Assembly: GCA_964016885.1 (NCBI GenBank)
Contig: OZ024742.1
Location: 353,276,001-353,340,000, forward strand
Reading direction: 5' to 3'
Origin: Eledone cirrhosa
Taxonomy: Eukaryota
Length of the DNA stretch: 64,000 nucleotides
Positions 25,218 through 39,676 of this stretch are shown one piece after another; position 1 is the first letter of the stretch; the number at the start of each line of letters is the position of its first letter. The notes beneath the pieces are model-generated. The model saw only the letters and a list, made by a program, of their open reading frames with translations. It ran no database searches and was not told the DNA's origin. A program made the translations under genes and the position numbers.

Positions 25218-25980
25218 TTTCAATATTAGCTTTTTGATATTCCCTTTATTTCTGGTTTTGACGAGCAATAATACGACTGTTGAAGCGCACAGCTTTATTA
25301 TTCATAAGCATAAACATTAATGAGCGTTCTGCAAGAACATTTACTCGCGTGATTTGATTGGTTGCCAGAATGTCTTTCATAAAATCATAACACATTCCTC
25401 TATTACATTTACCTGCGCATGTTTTACTTATTCATTTATTCACAGGCAGCAATATGTAATAAGTTCATCCTTTTCCTATCATATATTAGAAAGTCACGAA
25501 ATCAAGGAAGCTGGCCATTGTTCAAGGAATGTTTGTGATGATGTATATCTGTATGGGATTTTTTTCTTTCTCTTCTCTATAATATATATTTCATGGTTGG
25601 GAGAAAACTGTGTGTGGGATGTAGGATTCCATCGTGTCTCTTGGTATTCACGATCGTATAGAAATGAATTCCTCATTTCATCGTCATCCAAGTTAGCCAG
25701 CAGCGTTACTGGCTCCTTGCCTTTGTAAATTGATATATCCTATACATGTATCTTGATAATGTGTTGTATCACCTCAATCACGACACTCACATTTTCCACA
25801 ACCATTTCTTTTCTGCTACATTCACCTCTAGTATGATCCAACGAGGAATCTTATCTTAGTCTCTGTAGCATTCTAATTTATGTTTCTTCCAGTGAGGAGC
25901 CTCCCCAATTGCGTTGATACATTCAAAATATCAAATGTTGCAACAATATCGGGTACAATTTATCATAGAGGAATTCGATG

Positions 25981-26830
25981 TAGGTTGATTGGCAGTACCG
26001 ATAGAGCGTCAAACACCATGATTTGCACCATAGTGTTACACTCTTTTACGGTCTGAGTTCAAATCCCGCCGAGGTTAGCTTTGCTTTCCACTCTAACGTG
26101 GTCGATAACATAAATTATCAGTAATGCACTGGGGTCAATTTAATCGACATTTCACTCTCAATATTAATTGCTGGACTTGAGGCTATATTAGAAATCATTA
26201 AAGAGCAATGCGTGATTTATATTTGAAAAACATTGGTGGATTGGCAGTTTCGGTAGAGGGTCGGACGCCATGCTTTGCAGTAAATAGTTATGTTCCTTTA
26301 TGGTCCGAGTTCAAATCCTGCCGAGGTTAATTTTCCCTTTCATAGTAACGGAGTCGATAAAATAAAATAGCTGTAATACATTGGGATAATTGCTGGCCTT
26401 GTACCAAAAGGAGAAACAATTAATATAATTACTAATTTTGTCACATTTTGCAAATAATTTTCAAAAAAGATAGAGTTGTATATAATGTATAGTGACTAAT
26501 TCTCTCATACCTCTGCATTTTGATTTCAAATCCTTTTAAAGCAATTTTTCTTCCAACATTTTACAGTCGACTACAATATTATCGATCCATGGGTGAAAGT
26601 TAGAGGGAATTGTTTGATAGTAGGATATTCCTCATGACATTCGGTGAATTGGCAGTATCGGCAGAGGGTTGGACGCCATGCTTTCTAGCATAGTTACGTC
26701 CCTTTACAGTCTGAGTTCAAATCCCGCCGACGTTAACTTTGCCTTTAATCCTTACGGGGTCGATAAAATAAAGTACCATTAATGCACTGGGTAATTGCTA
26801 GCCTTGTGACAAACGTAGAAACAATTATTA
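25981..26830 (+). mobile_element. Three tRNA-derived SINE copies (about 25981-26199, 26235-26425, 26643-26830)
   Basis: A/B boxes, shared core and tail as at 9577. Confidence 0.88.
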
Positions 26831-29372
26831 CTCAGGTTTGCATCAACCTTATACATAAACTTACATACACAGACTCACATAGATTTAGATTTATATTGGA
26901 ATATGTAATAACTACTTTAACAATTACATCCATATGAAATGTCGTAATGTTTTGAGGATTCTCTATTATTTTATTAATGTAATGGTGTCATGGTAACTTC
27001 CATTACTGAAATGCACCTACAAAGCTTTATGGTCATGGAATAACCATGTCGCGCTACAATACTTTGGTGAAATCTTATAGATGACGTATCCTAATTAATG
27101 TTATATATCTTTGTTTAAAACGCCAGCAGCTAAATAATACATTCTACTTTACAATCATTTCACTGCATAAGTTTATCTGAATAATAATGAGAAGAAAAAT
27201 CTATTTAGCTTTCAGCAACCACAAGCATTCAGTTGTCCAAATAGAATTGAGAGAGAAATATGTTATTATCTTGCGATTTAGTTCAATTTAATTACAGAAA
27301 TTCAAAACTGCATTTTGATATAACAGACCTATTATTTTTAATGATTGTAATGTTGTAAAGTCCATCAGACGATATTGGGAAAGATCTGTCATGGCAATAT
27401 ACCACACAAACATTTATAATCATCGTTTATAATAGATATGTAGTACAGGAATCAATGTATATTAAATTTTAAATCCGATAAATCTTCCTAATCCATTCAC
27501 TTATTATATAAGATTCCATAACAGAATGTAACTTGATCTTGTTTACAAGATTCAATTATTGCTTCCACTAAATAAATACTTGCCTGATATGCATATTACT
27601 GTTTTAAAATTGATGCACCAACCTCGAAACCCTTACTAACTGTCGATTATGGGAGGAGATAAGGGCTCATACAACAATATATTGGTTTTATATACTGTAT
27701 TACAAGAGGACAAAATAAAACGTAAACATTTCACCCGTTGTATTGCATTGCAGAAAATCATAAGAATCATATATGTCGATCAACGCTAAGTACGTTTGGA
27801 ACTCATGCATGTATTTAAAAAGAGACTAAGGGAAAGACGACAAGCCAGTGGGTTTTGTAGGGTGATGATATATCAGTGATGACATTATTATGCATTTATC
27901 TAATAAGTCATTCAAGTGAAGTATATACAGACATATTTTTTTTTTTTTTAACTAGAATATTTCAGATGAAACAAATGTTTTCAGTCAAGGTTCATCCTAC
28001 TGACAATATAAAACATGTTCATCCAACAGACAATATAAAAAACTCGGCCCATTTTGACCTGATCTGGTAGCTAAGATTTAGATAACACACAGTATTCACT
28101 GGAATGGTCTAATGTTCATGAGGTGCCTCTCAACTATGCCGGGTTCTCTGTCTGTAATCTTTATCTAAGTGCAACCTTGAAATTCTTAATTATGGACAAG
28201 TGCGGAGTACTGGAAGGGAGGATGTATTCGGTGTTTTTCTACACCTAACATCAGAAACAATCCGCAAGAGATATAAAATATGCAATAATAGATAAAACTC
28301 CTCCTCCCCTGATTATTATGGATTAGAAATATCCATGCCTGCCATACAACCTCCCAGGAGCCAAAACATTGATAATCAATCCATGCGTTTCAGGAGTAAT
28401 ATCAAAACCACTTCAGGAGATATTGATTACAAAATAGCCTACTGATGAGGTCGTATATATTATACACTAGTTACTATTGAAATGAACATATCAGTAGCAA
28501 AGTAGTCATTAAGATTATGTAAGATACAAATATATGTTTATGAACGAGTGTATGTGAGAATACACCATATTGTGGAATGTTAACGACTGAGTTTTATGAG
28601 ATTACATTCCAACAACGGATATCTAAATATAATCTAAAAGTCTCAATGCTTGATAGACTAATGAACTGACACCAACAATAGCATCTGTCTAATTAAGTGA
28701 TTGCTGGATAAAGTGCATTTTAATATATGTTAAGATCATTCACAGCTTATTAAAACATAACTTGTCCAAAGAAATACAACATTGGGACAAATATCTCTGA
28801 GTTAATGTTTGATATTTGCAATGAAAATAAATATTTAACTCATTTGTATAGGCTTTCATATTAAATATTCCCATCATTGTGACATCAACGAAAGCAAATC
28901 TTAAATACTACAATAAATAATTTATAATTATTGTAAAGAAATATTTTATAAAACTGTTTGCATTATATTACAGAAAATTGCTTATGACAAAACCACAATC
29001 TATTATGGTTTTATTTTGAGATTATTTATACACGTGCGAGTGTATAAGAATATGTATGAATTTATTTATTACATTTCGAACGGGAACATGATCTCTGTAA
29101 TGTGATGTTTAAAATATTATCATTGTGAATAAAATAAAGTATTTTCCAATGAAATTCAATTTCCTTCAATTTAATCCATTAAATTTCGATTATTAAATTA
29201 TGAATTGTTTAGAAAATATTATGTTTCTAATAACCGAGAAAATAGAGAAAACGTTTGATGGTATCATTTTAATAAGGTGAGAAATAAAAAAAAATATTTC
29301 CTCGTGTAAAGCGACTATTTATTGAAGACATTCTCATTAAAGCTTTTTCACTAAATATATAAATACGTTCAT

Positions 29373-29810
29373 AGAAAATATAATTGTTTCTACTTGTTGA
29401 TACAAGGCCAGCAATCACCTACTACATTACTGGTACTTTATTTTATCGACCACGAAAGGATGAAAACCAAAGTTAACCTCGGCGGGATTTGAACTCAGAA
29501 TGGCAAGGGCCGTAACTTCTTGCGTCAAAGCATGGCGTCTGACCCTCTACCGATAGAAACTATAATTGTTTCTACTTTTGGCACAAGGCCAGCAAATACC
29601 CAGAAAATATAATTGTTTCTACTTTAGGCACAAGGCCAGCATTTAGCCAGTGCATTACTGGTACTTTCTTTTATCAACCCCGTAAGGATGAAAGGCAAAG
29701 TCAAACTCGTCCGGATTTGAACTGAGATCGTAAAGGGACGTAACTATGCTGGAAAGCATGGCGTCCGAACTTCTACCGATATTGCCAATCCACCGCCCAG
29801 AAAATATAAT
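29373..29810 (-). mobile_element. Tandem SINE cluster (two long copies plus a tail-only copy)
   Basis: Units separated and flanked by AGAAA(A/C)TATAAT at 29373, 29555, 29602 and 29799. Confidence 0.9.
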
Positions 29811-30049
29811 AATCGCCAATTGTACATAGCGGAGGAATTCGATTTGTATTGGTGAAAAATGAGATGAGAAAACACACTGGAAATGTGTTGGTGAATATGC
29901 ATCTTTTTCTGGAAGGGTGACGGTTCTTCCGTCGTAATCTAAGCCTGTAGATTATGTTAGAGCCAAATTAATTCGAATTCATGTAACCACAGGTGAGCAT
30001 TGATTTACTGCAGTAAATAATATTTCACCTTGTATCAGAAGGTCAACAA

Positions 30050-30505
30050 TTGAGGAGGGGAGGTAAAGTCGATTAAATCTCGGCCAGTGCGTTACTGGTA
30101 CTTTATTTTATCGACCCCGTATTGATGAAATGCAAAACTAATCTCCAGCAAATTTGAAATCAGAACGTAAAGGGGTGTAACTATATATCGCAACGTATGT
30201 GGTCCGACGTTCTACCAATACTGCCAGTAAATAATACAAGTTTCATTACGCACAACTGAGTGTATCTTGTTTTGTCGGGACATATATATCAATACTATCA
30301 ATATTTCTTCAGCAACTTTAAGAAATGATTTCTTCTCTTCAATAACTGTTTCTACTTTTGGCACAAGGCCAGCAATCACCCAGTGCATTACTTGTACTTT
30401 ATTTTATCGACCACGTAAGGATGAAAGGCAAAGTTAACCTCGGCGGGATTTGAACTCAGAATGGCAAGGGCCGTAACTCTATGCGTCAAAGCATGGCGTC
30501 CGACC
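30050..30505 (-). mobile_element. Two SINE copies (about 30050-30226, 30341-30505)
   Basis: Core TACTGGTACTTTATTTTATCGACC and B-box complement. Confidence 0.85.
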
Positions 30506-30829
30506 ATTAGCTTGAAACATCTGCTGTTATGATAGTTTTCAGCTGAATATGAAACAGAAAGGTCTATTACGAAAACACACAAGCATCTTTCTGAAATTTT
30601 CCATCTTGACTTAAAGCTAATAGATATGATTTTAAATTGATATATATGTTTATATCGACAGTCGATCGACGAGATTCCAGACCTCATTCGCTTAATGAGT
30701 CAAACCGAGGAAACAATGTTTCCATTGTCTTTCAGACAGCTAATACAATCTGTAGGTCGCAATTCCATATATATGTATGTATATATGATTGAAATAGTGT
30801 TGTCCCGAAAAGTATGTTGTGTAACGATA

Positions 30830-31468
30830 TTCGATAGAGTGCTAAGTTGGGATCTCAGAGTGTCACTCCAGCTAGAGCTGCCGCTTTTCCAAATTGAGAG
30901 ATCACAGCTCTGATGGGCATGTGATTAGAATATCTCAGGAAATATTCCCTCATTTTGCGGCCAAGATCATCCACCAAGAGACTCATAAGAAAATAGATGG
31001 CTAACATCCATGAGTTTGGCTGGTCTAACTTGGTGATTCAGCCGGATCAGTTGGAGGATGTTGTTCTTGACATGATCTGTTCGAAGGTGTTTTTGAGGAG
31101 TCTGCCCCAACAACCCTTTCAGAAAGAAAGAAAGAAAGTTACTCGATAGAAATAATAGCTCGTATATCACGGTGGTACTCCACCTAGAGCCGCTACCTCT
31201 CCGAATTCGGAGACGACAACTCCAGGACATCGGACATGTGGTTATAATGTCCTAGGGAAAAAATCGATGGTATATTTTACGTGCAAAATGAACTGAGAGG
31301 AGAGCCAGCGGTAGACCACGAGCTGAATGGGAGGATAGCATCCATGAGTTCGGCTCGAATCAATCAGGGATCCAGCCTGATCTGTTGGTGACGGTTGCTT
31401 TTGACACAAGCCTCTGGAAGGAGTGTTTGGGGGCTCTGCTGTGACAACCTCCTCAGGAGTGTGTGGGC
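30830..31468 (+). mobile_element. Rearranged RTE-clade LINE 3' fragments
   Basis: FDRVLSWDLRVSLQLELPLFQIERSQL*..HVIRI and LLDRNNSSYITVVLHLEPLPLRIRRRQLQDIGHVVIM, both RTE C-terminal motifs; followed by (AAG)n at 31469-31560. Confidence 0.65.
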
Positions 31469-32945
31469 GAAGAAGAAGAAGAAGAAGAAGAAGAAGAAGA
31501 AGAAGAAGAAGAAGAAAAGAAGAAGAAGAAGAAAAGAAGAAGAAGAAGAAAAAGAAGAATAAGGAGGAGGATGGGGAGGAGGAAACGGCGGAGGGAGAGG
31601 AGATATTTCTGAAACATTACTGGGAAAAGCTCTTCTTAGTGTCAATAACTCATCAGATAATTCCCAAAAGCCACATGTTTGGAAATCAAGACGGTTTTAT
31701 AATGCCGTTTGACACTATGCATCAGATGGATTACATAATTGTTGTCTTGAAATTAGATTCAGTATAGGTATCAATATTACTATGAAATATTAGCGGATGT
31801 TTATTCGTTTGTAAGTTGCTAATTTAGATAGGTATAACTATATATTTAGCGATAATAACCATCGATCTGTTGAAGTCGCTGTAGTTAAATGAAATATTAG
31901 GAATATATACTGACGTAATACGAAGACATAACGAGGCATACATCGTTAGGATTATGATATGATATTTGAATTAATATCAGAATATTTGATATGGCCAGAT
32001 TGATTATGTGTTACATGTTTGTATTATTCAATATCTCATAAAGATATAGATATTTATTACTGTTACAGTGAGATAAATGTTATCATTAGGATATAGTATT
32101 CTGCAATATATTTTGGAGTAAATGACAACTTGATTTATCAGAGTTATAGGCAGAACTTGAGTACGCATGTGCGCACATGTCCCGGCGTAATCCTCCTATA
32201 TCAATGAAGTTGAATACCTGAAGGAAAAACCCATGCAAGGACGGACATACAGTGTGAATTAATTTTCTTGAAAAGCATATGCATAAGACAATAATATCTT
32301 ACAAATTATCATTTGTGTAAATAACATTACACAAGGTGAAGGGGCAAAGAAGATCAGATTTGGTTGTGTGATGAATTAGAGGAAAGGACTATGAAAGCTA
32401 TAATTGTGAGGCAATGGAAGAGAAAAGCTACAACTCTAGGGTCACATAACAACAGGAGGGGGAAGGAGAGAACTGTATGCCCTGTGAAGATAAGGCGCGG
32501 TGGTGTTTGCTCTGTCCCACGCCGGCTATGACCACTGACACCGGCCGCAATTCCCAACCAACATCTTTTGTAGAAAATATCGGAAATAGCGGTGTTATAT
32601 GAAGGGAAATAAATGTAAGCAAAAACTGCGTAAAGTCAAATTGCTTCCGGAAGTAGAGCCCATTGCGTTAGGGTCAGACGTAGGAGGGATGTTCAATCAC
32701 TCACCGATGTGATATTCATCGGAATAGCTCTCAATCAACTACAAAGCGAATAATCGAATGGAATGTTATTCCCGTTATTGGAATCCCCTGAGATTTGTGA
32801 AATATTTGAATAAATGTGTCGTTACTTCTGCTTTGATGTATCACATGTGCAACGCTGTAGGTGAGTAATTTACAGCAGATGTGAAATAATTACTAATTAT
32901 GAATGGATTGTCACAATACGAGATGAAATTTTATCCAATGAGGTG

Positions 32946-32998
32946 AACCTAACCCTAACCATAACCATAACCCTAACCCTAACCCTAACCCTAACCCT
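32946..32998. repeat. Interstitial (CCCTAA)n telomere-type repeat
   Basis: About 8 units, two of them CCATAA variants. Confidence 0.9.
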
Positions 32999-35533
32999 GT
33001 AGAGATTATGAATTAAACATTTCATTTGACGCAGCAATAAAACAATGGAGTTTAGAAATATATTGTGAGGGTTTAAAATTCATTCTGTTTTTTAAGAAAT
33101 ACAAATAGATAAAAGTAATGTATCAACGTACAGACGTGAGAATGTGAGGAATATGGTGAACACTAGACATATTTGATGATGTTTGTTTGTAGTAGCTGTT
33201 ATGGAACCTTTGAAAGAAAACCGGCCAAGTGTAGTTAAAGAAATACAGTTTTCACACACCGAAAGGATATGACAATACGTACCATACTTTCGAAAGGGTT
33301 TTAGTTGCCAATACACTCCCAAGGAAATACAAACACATTTGACGAGGGAATGTAATGAAATAGTGCTGTGTGTAGTTATAAATGCGGAAATATTTCACTA
33401 TGGAATATATTTTGTGCTGTGTCTGGGTAAGGGAATCACATTTTGAGCAAGTTAAAATGTATTGTATGGACATTAGAGTAAGGATAAACGTAGGGGATAA
33501 TGTTGCAAGGGTCTCAAGTGAAATATTTCATTTATAAATGTTAACATCAAAGAATGGTTTAAATGATAATCCATTATTGACATAATTAACTGTATACCAT
33601 ATTAAATTTGCTTAATATATATTCTGATTTCAATGATATTACTTCGGCTATACATTTGATAAATTATATGGCTGTGTTCAAACATCTCTGATGAATAGAT
33701 TGAAATTATTGTTATATTAATATTTTATAAGAATTGTTCCCCTCCCCCAAAATCTGGTGATATCCAATTTTGATATACATTGATATTTTCATATACATTC
33801 AGGTTTTTCTTGATATACATTCAGTATTTCATATCATACAGTTATTCCAGTGAAAGTAGCTAATATTTCACGTACGTAATTCCACTGTCATAGACTGAAT
33901 ATTCATTAAATCTTTATGCATTGTATTGTTACTGAGAATCGGGAGTTCTCACCCCTTTTGCATCCTCATCCACATTCACATGGACACTTTTCCACCGGCC
34001 ACCTGTATAGTAAATGTTCAATAACATACCAAAATATTTGGTAAAATGTTGTTACTGGTTCGTTATACTCATTTAAATTCTTGTCTTCCTTTTATACAGG
34101 TTAATTTCATATCTCATTTTAATATTTTTTGTGTGGGTAGCATATGTTAAAATACATTTTAAACATTTTAGATCCTATATCATTCCGCAAAATCTCCAAT
34201 CGTCCACCAATGTCGGTTCCGCCGCTCAAATCCCACCGGTGGGTGACATAACCCATGTTATGAATCCATACTGTAAATTATTCAATTCTTAAGAAGACAA
34301 TGTTGGAAAGTTTTCTCTATATTTATTATTTATATATTCCAATGAAATGGAGATGTTTTCTTGCACTTTTAAGCCATGATAGTACAAGTTTACATGAGGC
34401 TATTCTAAAGGGTAGGCTCAAACCTATAGCTATGTCCACTAAATCCTTTGTTTGAATGTTGTTTACAGGATTACAGGAAAATATATACTACAAGTGTAAA
34501 TATAATCTAAACTCCCCATGCAGTAAACTTTAAACAAGTATATTCGAAAGTTAGGATAATCTATTCACCTCAGTAAGCGAAATATTGTTTAATCGATGTC
34601 ATAAACGAAACAATCACACCTAATATTTTAATTCAAAAGAGTATGCTGTGAAATTAGAGGGATTATATTTCTATTTCTAGCATTTCAAAAATTACAAGTC
34701 TGCATGATGTCGCTGAGTTGGAAATGAAAGTATCATATACAACTAGATGAGTGGATTATTGATATAAATTAAGCATTGATTTGCAATTCATTGTCATTCA
34801 AACATATATTATTTCTGCACACAAGCAGGTGTACGAATTCAATGGATGAAACGTTGCTCATGCTCCGATTAATTCCTGTCAATAAATAACTCGAAACAAT
34901 TACGTTTGATTTAATATAATACGAAACGTACGGGACTCCCACCGAAATTTAATAATATACATATAAATAAATATCAAACTAGACAAATAGTGTAAAGAAA
35001 CGTCGGTTGAGCAACTAATGGAGCGACTGTAACGCACTCCACTACACGAGTTCTTTAAAATATTATCAATAAAGACTTAAACGGAGAGACAATGTTATAC
35101 AGAAGAGAGCCGGCTTTAAGTATACATCCTCAGTTTATATATTTATATTTACTTACCATTTGTATATATTTATCTATATACTTGGAAGTAGCTTGATCGT
35201 ATTTTGATTCATAATAGAGCCGTATTTTACAGCATAAAGTGAAAAATGTTTAGCTGTGAATATTGTAAACTCTGATAATATCATACAGGTATCAGTAGTT
35301 AGAAAAAATATCAGACACGGGCTTCTATATAGTATGCTTCATACGCCAAACATGCAATTTGTTTTAGCATATTTTATCTTATAGAATATGTGTATACCTC
35401 TGATGAGGGATAAAGCTCAAAAAGTTTGAAAACAACTGCCAAATAGATATCTCACCCACGTAATTATATAACTAGAGATTTTAAAGTGCATCTATATATG
35501 AATATATTTAAAATCTCATGCACGCGCACACAC

Positions 35534-35618
<85 letters not shown>

Positions 35619-35623
<5 letters not shown>

Positions 35624-36022
35624 ATATTAAATAAAAGGAAACTATATTTATAAAACAATATTTATTCTATTATATATGTTTCAAGTGTACCAAAAATGTT
35701 GGTACGCTATCATAAGATAAAATACAAAATGTTTTATACATATTTGACATAACCGAGGATAATATACCTTAACGGTGCAAGTTATCCCTGGAATAACTTG
35801 AACCGTCAAATATTTATTAAACATTTTGTATTTTATCTGATGAAAGCGTACCAAAATTGTTGGTACCCTTGAAATATATATATTAGAATAAATATGGTTT
35901 TATAAATATAGTTTCCATTTATTTAATAGCATTGAATACTTACTTCAGAAACTGTCGAGGGCTCTGAATCAGTTGTAAACATCTATATTTGGTGGATTTC
36001 CAACAAATTAAATATCTCTTCT
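35619..36022. mobile_element. Inverted pLTR-like module (arms 35619-35748 / 35805-35934) plus tail, (TA)n-flanked
   Basis: Diverged reverse-complement arms, each with a hammerhead; small hairpin in the spacer. Confidence 0.8.
35829..35890 (+). ncRNA. Minimal type I hammerhead (mutated mirror copy at 35663-35724, minus)
   Basis: tattttat-CTGATGA-aagcgtaccaa(aattg)ttggtaccctt-GAAA-tatata-TA-ttagaata. Confidence 0.75.
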
Positions 36023-36033
36023 ACACACACACA

Positions 36034-36084
<51 letters not shown>

Positions 36085-36135
36085 CAAGAAAGAAGAGTGA
36101 CATGGTTTCCTATACAATAGGGGCTTTATTCACAT

Positions 36136-36244
36136 TGCTGACAATTGTTTCTCTGAACTGGTAGATCAAGAGATCGCTACCCGCCTGTTTGTTGCGTCAA
36201 TCGATCAACAATACTTTGTTATAACCAGTCTATTCATCAGAGCA
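36136..36244 (-). ncRNA. Hammerhead with about 80-nt stem II insert, intact core
   Basis: TGCT-CTGATGA-atagACTGGT...ACCAGTtcaga-GAAA-caattg-TC-AGCA. Confidence 0.7.
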
Positions 36245-36327
36245 TGCGAGAATGAAGGATATGCACAAGCATAGCTTTTATATATAGTAGTGGCATTAAA
36301 TTAACACATACAATAAGTTCATTCAGC

Positions 36328-38330
36328 GTGAACTACACAAACAATACTAACAAAACAAATGAATCCACACTCACCAGCACTAATGAGGAAGGTCTTAGGA
36401 TAGTAAATAAACTCGGAATATCCGATAGAACCGAGCCTGTAACTCCATGCAACCCCACATTTAACCTTAAGGATCACAAAAATAATTTTGACGCAAATCC
36501 TACTATTAGATTAATATGCCCATCTAAGACGGATATAGGTAAAATTAGCAAGAATATTCTAGATAGGGTAATCGCACAAATACAGGGAAAACTAGAAATC
36601 AATTTAAGGGGTAACACTAACGAAGCGATTGAATGGTTCAGTAAAATAGGAAATAGAGAAGCATTAACTTCATACAATTCGATATAAACGATTTCTACGC
36701 ATCTATATCCCCAGCCACCCTAGATAAAGCACTTATATTTGCCCAAGATAACTCCGATCTTACCCCTGATGAAATTGAAATAATACTAGCTGCTAGAAGG
36801 ACTATCATAAAATTCGAAAATGGCTATTGGGTAAGAAACTATAGGATAAACAGCTTGGATATCACAATGGGATTGAACGATTCAGCGCAAATCACTGATG
36901 TGGTGTGATTATATATAGCACACAACCTACATAAAGAACTTAGTAACCTCCAAGGAGGGATTTATAGAGATGACACGCTCCTTATAGCTAAGAATTTAAA
37001 TAACCAGAGCATGGAAATATTAGGAAAAAAGATTACAACATTCTTTAAAAAGAACTGGCCTAAGTATTACCTACGAACTGAATCATAAAAAGGCAAACTT
37101 TCTAGACGTAACTCTAAATCTAAATACGGGATTAATAGAACTATTCCACAAAAATAATGAAAATCTGGCCTACATTAGTTATAACTCAACCACCCGCGAT
37201 CCATAATCAGATCCATAGCACGTTGTATATCACTTAGAATATTCCGCTTATTCTCAAACCTAGACATTTTTTAATGAGCATGCTAACTATTATATCGCGG
37301 CATTACATAGGGCCGGACACAAAGAAAAGCAACAGTTTATAACGGATAAGGACATCTCAAACAAACCCACTAACACTGGCACTAACAGCTCACACAAAAA
37401 TTAAAGTAACTGGACTAGACATAGAGGTAGGCAAATATCACCTAGAGTAGGTGTACCAAACACGAATAATGTAAACCCTAGAAACTATAGAAGAATTAGA
37501 GAAAGAAAATACGTCTGGTTTACTTCAATCCTCAACTCCTCTGTAAAAAAACTAGACTGCCTTCTATGTTTTAGAAACTAATAGATAAGCACTTTCCTAC
37601 ATCACATAGATATCATAAAATCATCAATAGAAAAACTATAAAACTCTCATACTCAACGGCTGCAAATCTAGAATCCGACATACGCAAGATCACCCACAGA
37701 AATTCCTCTAGAGAAACCACCCCACATATACGCAACATAGCACCAAATACTAAACAGAAACACATCACCGTATCACAACCGCAAACGGATACAAGCTCAC
37801 CTCAGCAAGACCTCAACGTGCATGAATCACAACCCACTTATAGCAGTGTACAAAACAACAATGTGGAAACTGCACGGAATAACACCTCAAAGGGCAATTG
37901 TCACCTACCACATAGGTGCCTATTGGCGAACATGTGCCTTGATTCGATCCTAGTGTACATGTGTACGGTGAACTTGGGCAACTCCACCTGGCATTACATT
38001 GGATCCACCGCGGGTACGTTGAAAATAAGATGGTATGTGCACAGACATTCGATGAAGAACCGTGCACTAATAGGTTCTACAACCCTCGCCAAAAAAATCT
38101 GGGACTTAAGGACAATAACACCGAGGTTGTCGGCCGCAAGGGCATATAGTACCGGTATGTCCTATTGTAGGCTCTGCGACCTTGAATTACTGTATATTCT
38201 TACGAACGATAAAAGGCTACTCAACAACAAAATAGAAAGGTCAATTTTATGCAGACACAGGATCGCTACTAAATTCACAAAATTTAAGCCACGTGATTTG
38301 AACCAAGATAACTTAGCATTCAACATATGA
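36328..38330 (+). pseudogene. Decayed PLE RT plus GIY-YIG ORF
   Basis: LKDHKNNF..PTIRLICPSKTDIGKISK; FDINDFYASI; DITMG; IYRDD (36963-36974); FLDVTLNL; LVYMCTV..HYIGST..LKIRWYVH; CRLCDLELLYIL..CRHR; many frameshifts. Confidence 0.9.
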
Positions 38331-38781
38331 AATCCGCACTCTCACACAGACCACCACAGAACTATAATATTCTTTAAACAGCTACTAGCCTCCTTAATTA
38401 TATACCACAGCAATGTCTGCAAATAATCTCATCAACCCATAAATATATCTCTTCTCGGCTGCTGTCAACACCACCTCCTCACATTAGCACTCATGATTTT
38501 CAAAAGATGAACTTAATTCTAAGTAGATTATTTTACTACTACCACTGTCCTTGAAACATCACCTTCCTCATGTTGTTATAATGAACACCTCAATGTATCC
38601 GTAATAGTATTCATCATGTTTTCTATATATATAAATTGCTCTCTTAATCTCTGTATTACCTTATTGCCTATATTGTTGTTATTGTTGTCTTATTCGTGCA
38701 TGATATGTTATTGATGCTGTGAAAGCTAAACAATCCCTATGATTCGAACTAACAATCCCTACATCTAATATAGACCACTTA

Positions 38782-38963
38782 AATAATTGTTTCTACTTTT
38801 GGCACAAGGCCAGCAATTATTCCAGTGCATTACTGGTACTTTATTTTATCGACCCCGTCAGGATGAAAGGCAAAGTTAACCTCAGCGGGATTTGAACTCA
38901 GATCACAAAGGGACGTAACTATGCTAGTAAGCATGGCGTCCGACCCTCTACCGCTGCTGCCAA
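38782..38963 (-). mobile_element. SINE inserted in the PLE 3' region
   Basis: SINE core and tail nested between the ORF and the 3' pLTR. Confidence 0.88.
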
Positions 38964-39346
38964 TAATGAATCCACTTTACACCACATAACAATTACCATC
39001 CTCACTACAATAAAAATGTGTTATCTGTCAGATAATAAATGAAACTTACGGTCAGCAAACCTACAGTAAAGCAAATGGTCCATTGTTTCAAGCACCATGT
39101 TATCTCTACACTATATATAGTGTACCCCATGACAGCTTTGACATGTCAATGGCATACATCTGTTTGTGTAAGTTCGTTTTACATGCTAAAGTCATCAGTA
39201 TACTCTATTTCTTACTTAGATTGATGTTGTGACTGTTTTAACTATTTACTTTCTAGTTAATTTATTTGAGTATTGTTATTATTGTTCTGATTTAATGCCA
39301 CTACTATATATAGAAGCCATGCCTGTGAATATCCTTCATTCTCGCA

Positions 39347-39454
39347 TGCTCTGATGAATAGAGTGGTTATAACAAAGTATTGGTGATCGATTGACGCAAA
39401 AACAGGCGGGTAGCGATCTCTAGACCTACCAGTTCAGAGAAGCAATTGTCAGCA
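39347..39454 (+). ncRNA. Same hammerhead in the 3' pLTR (GAAA changed to GAAG)
   Basis: TGCT-CTGATGA...GAAG-caattg-TC-AGCA. Confidence 0.6.
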
Positions 39455-39676
39455 ATGTCAATAAACCCTTATTGTATAGCAAACCATGTCACTCCTCTCT
39501 CTTGATTTATTATTACACCAAGTGTAAACTACATAGAAATCACCGCGTACTCGCAGCATCACTATGGAAACGTCTTGTTGAGTCAAACTTAGCCTGGCGT
39601 TAGTACTATCCACTACTCGGAGTGTCTAACGGGACTACATCTAAGTGGACTACATATAACAGTAAATTGTCATCCC

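Noticed and set aside
25480-25700. Possible Tc1-like transposase relic on the minus strand (HDG..H, WPAS)
   Set aside because: Motifs too short and no TIRs found.
28430-28500. Other CTGATGA...GAAA occurrences (28442, 33688, 35399, 24331, 24535, minus 61603)
   Set aside because: Stems I-III do not pair convincingly; expected by chance in AT-rich DNA, though some may be very old HHR relics.
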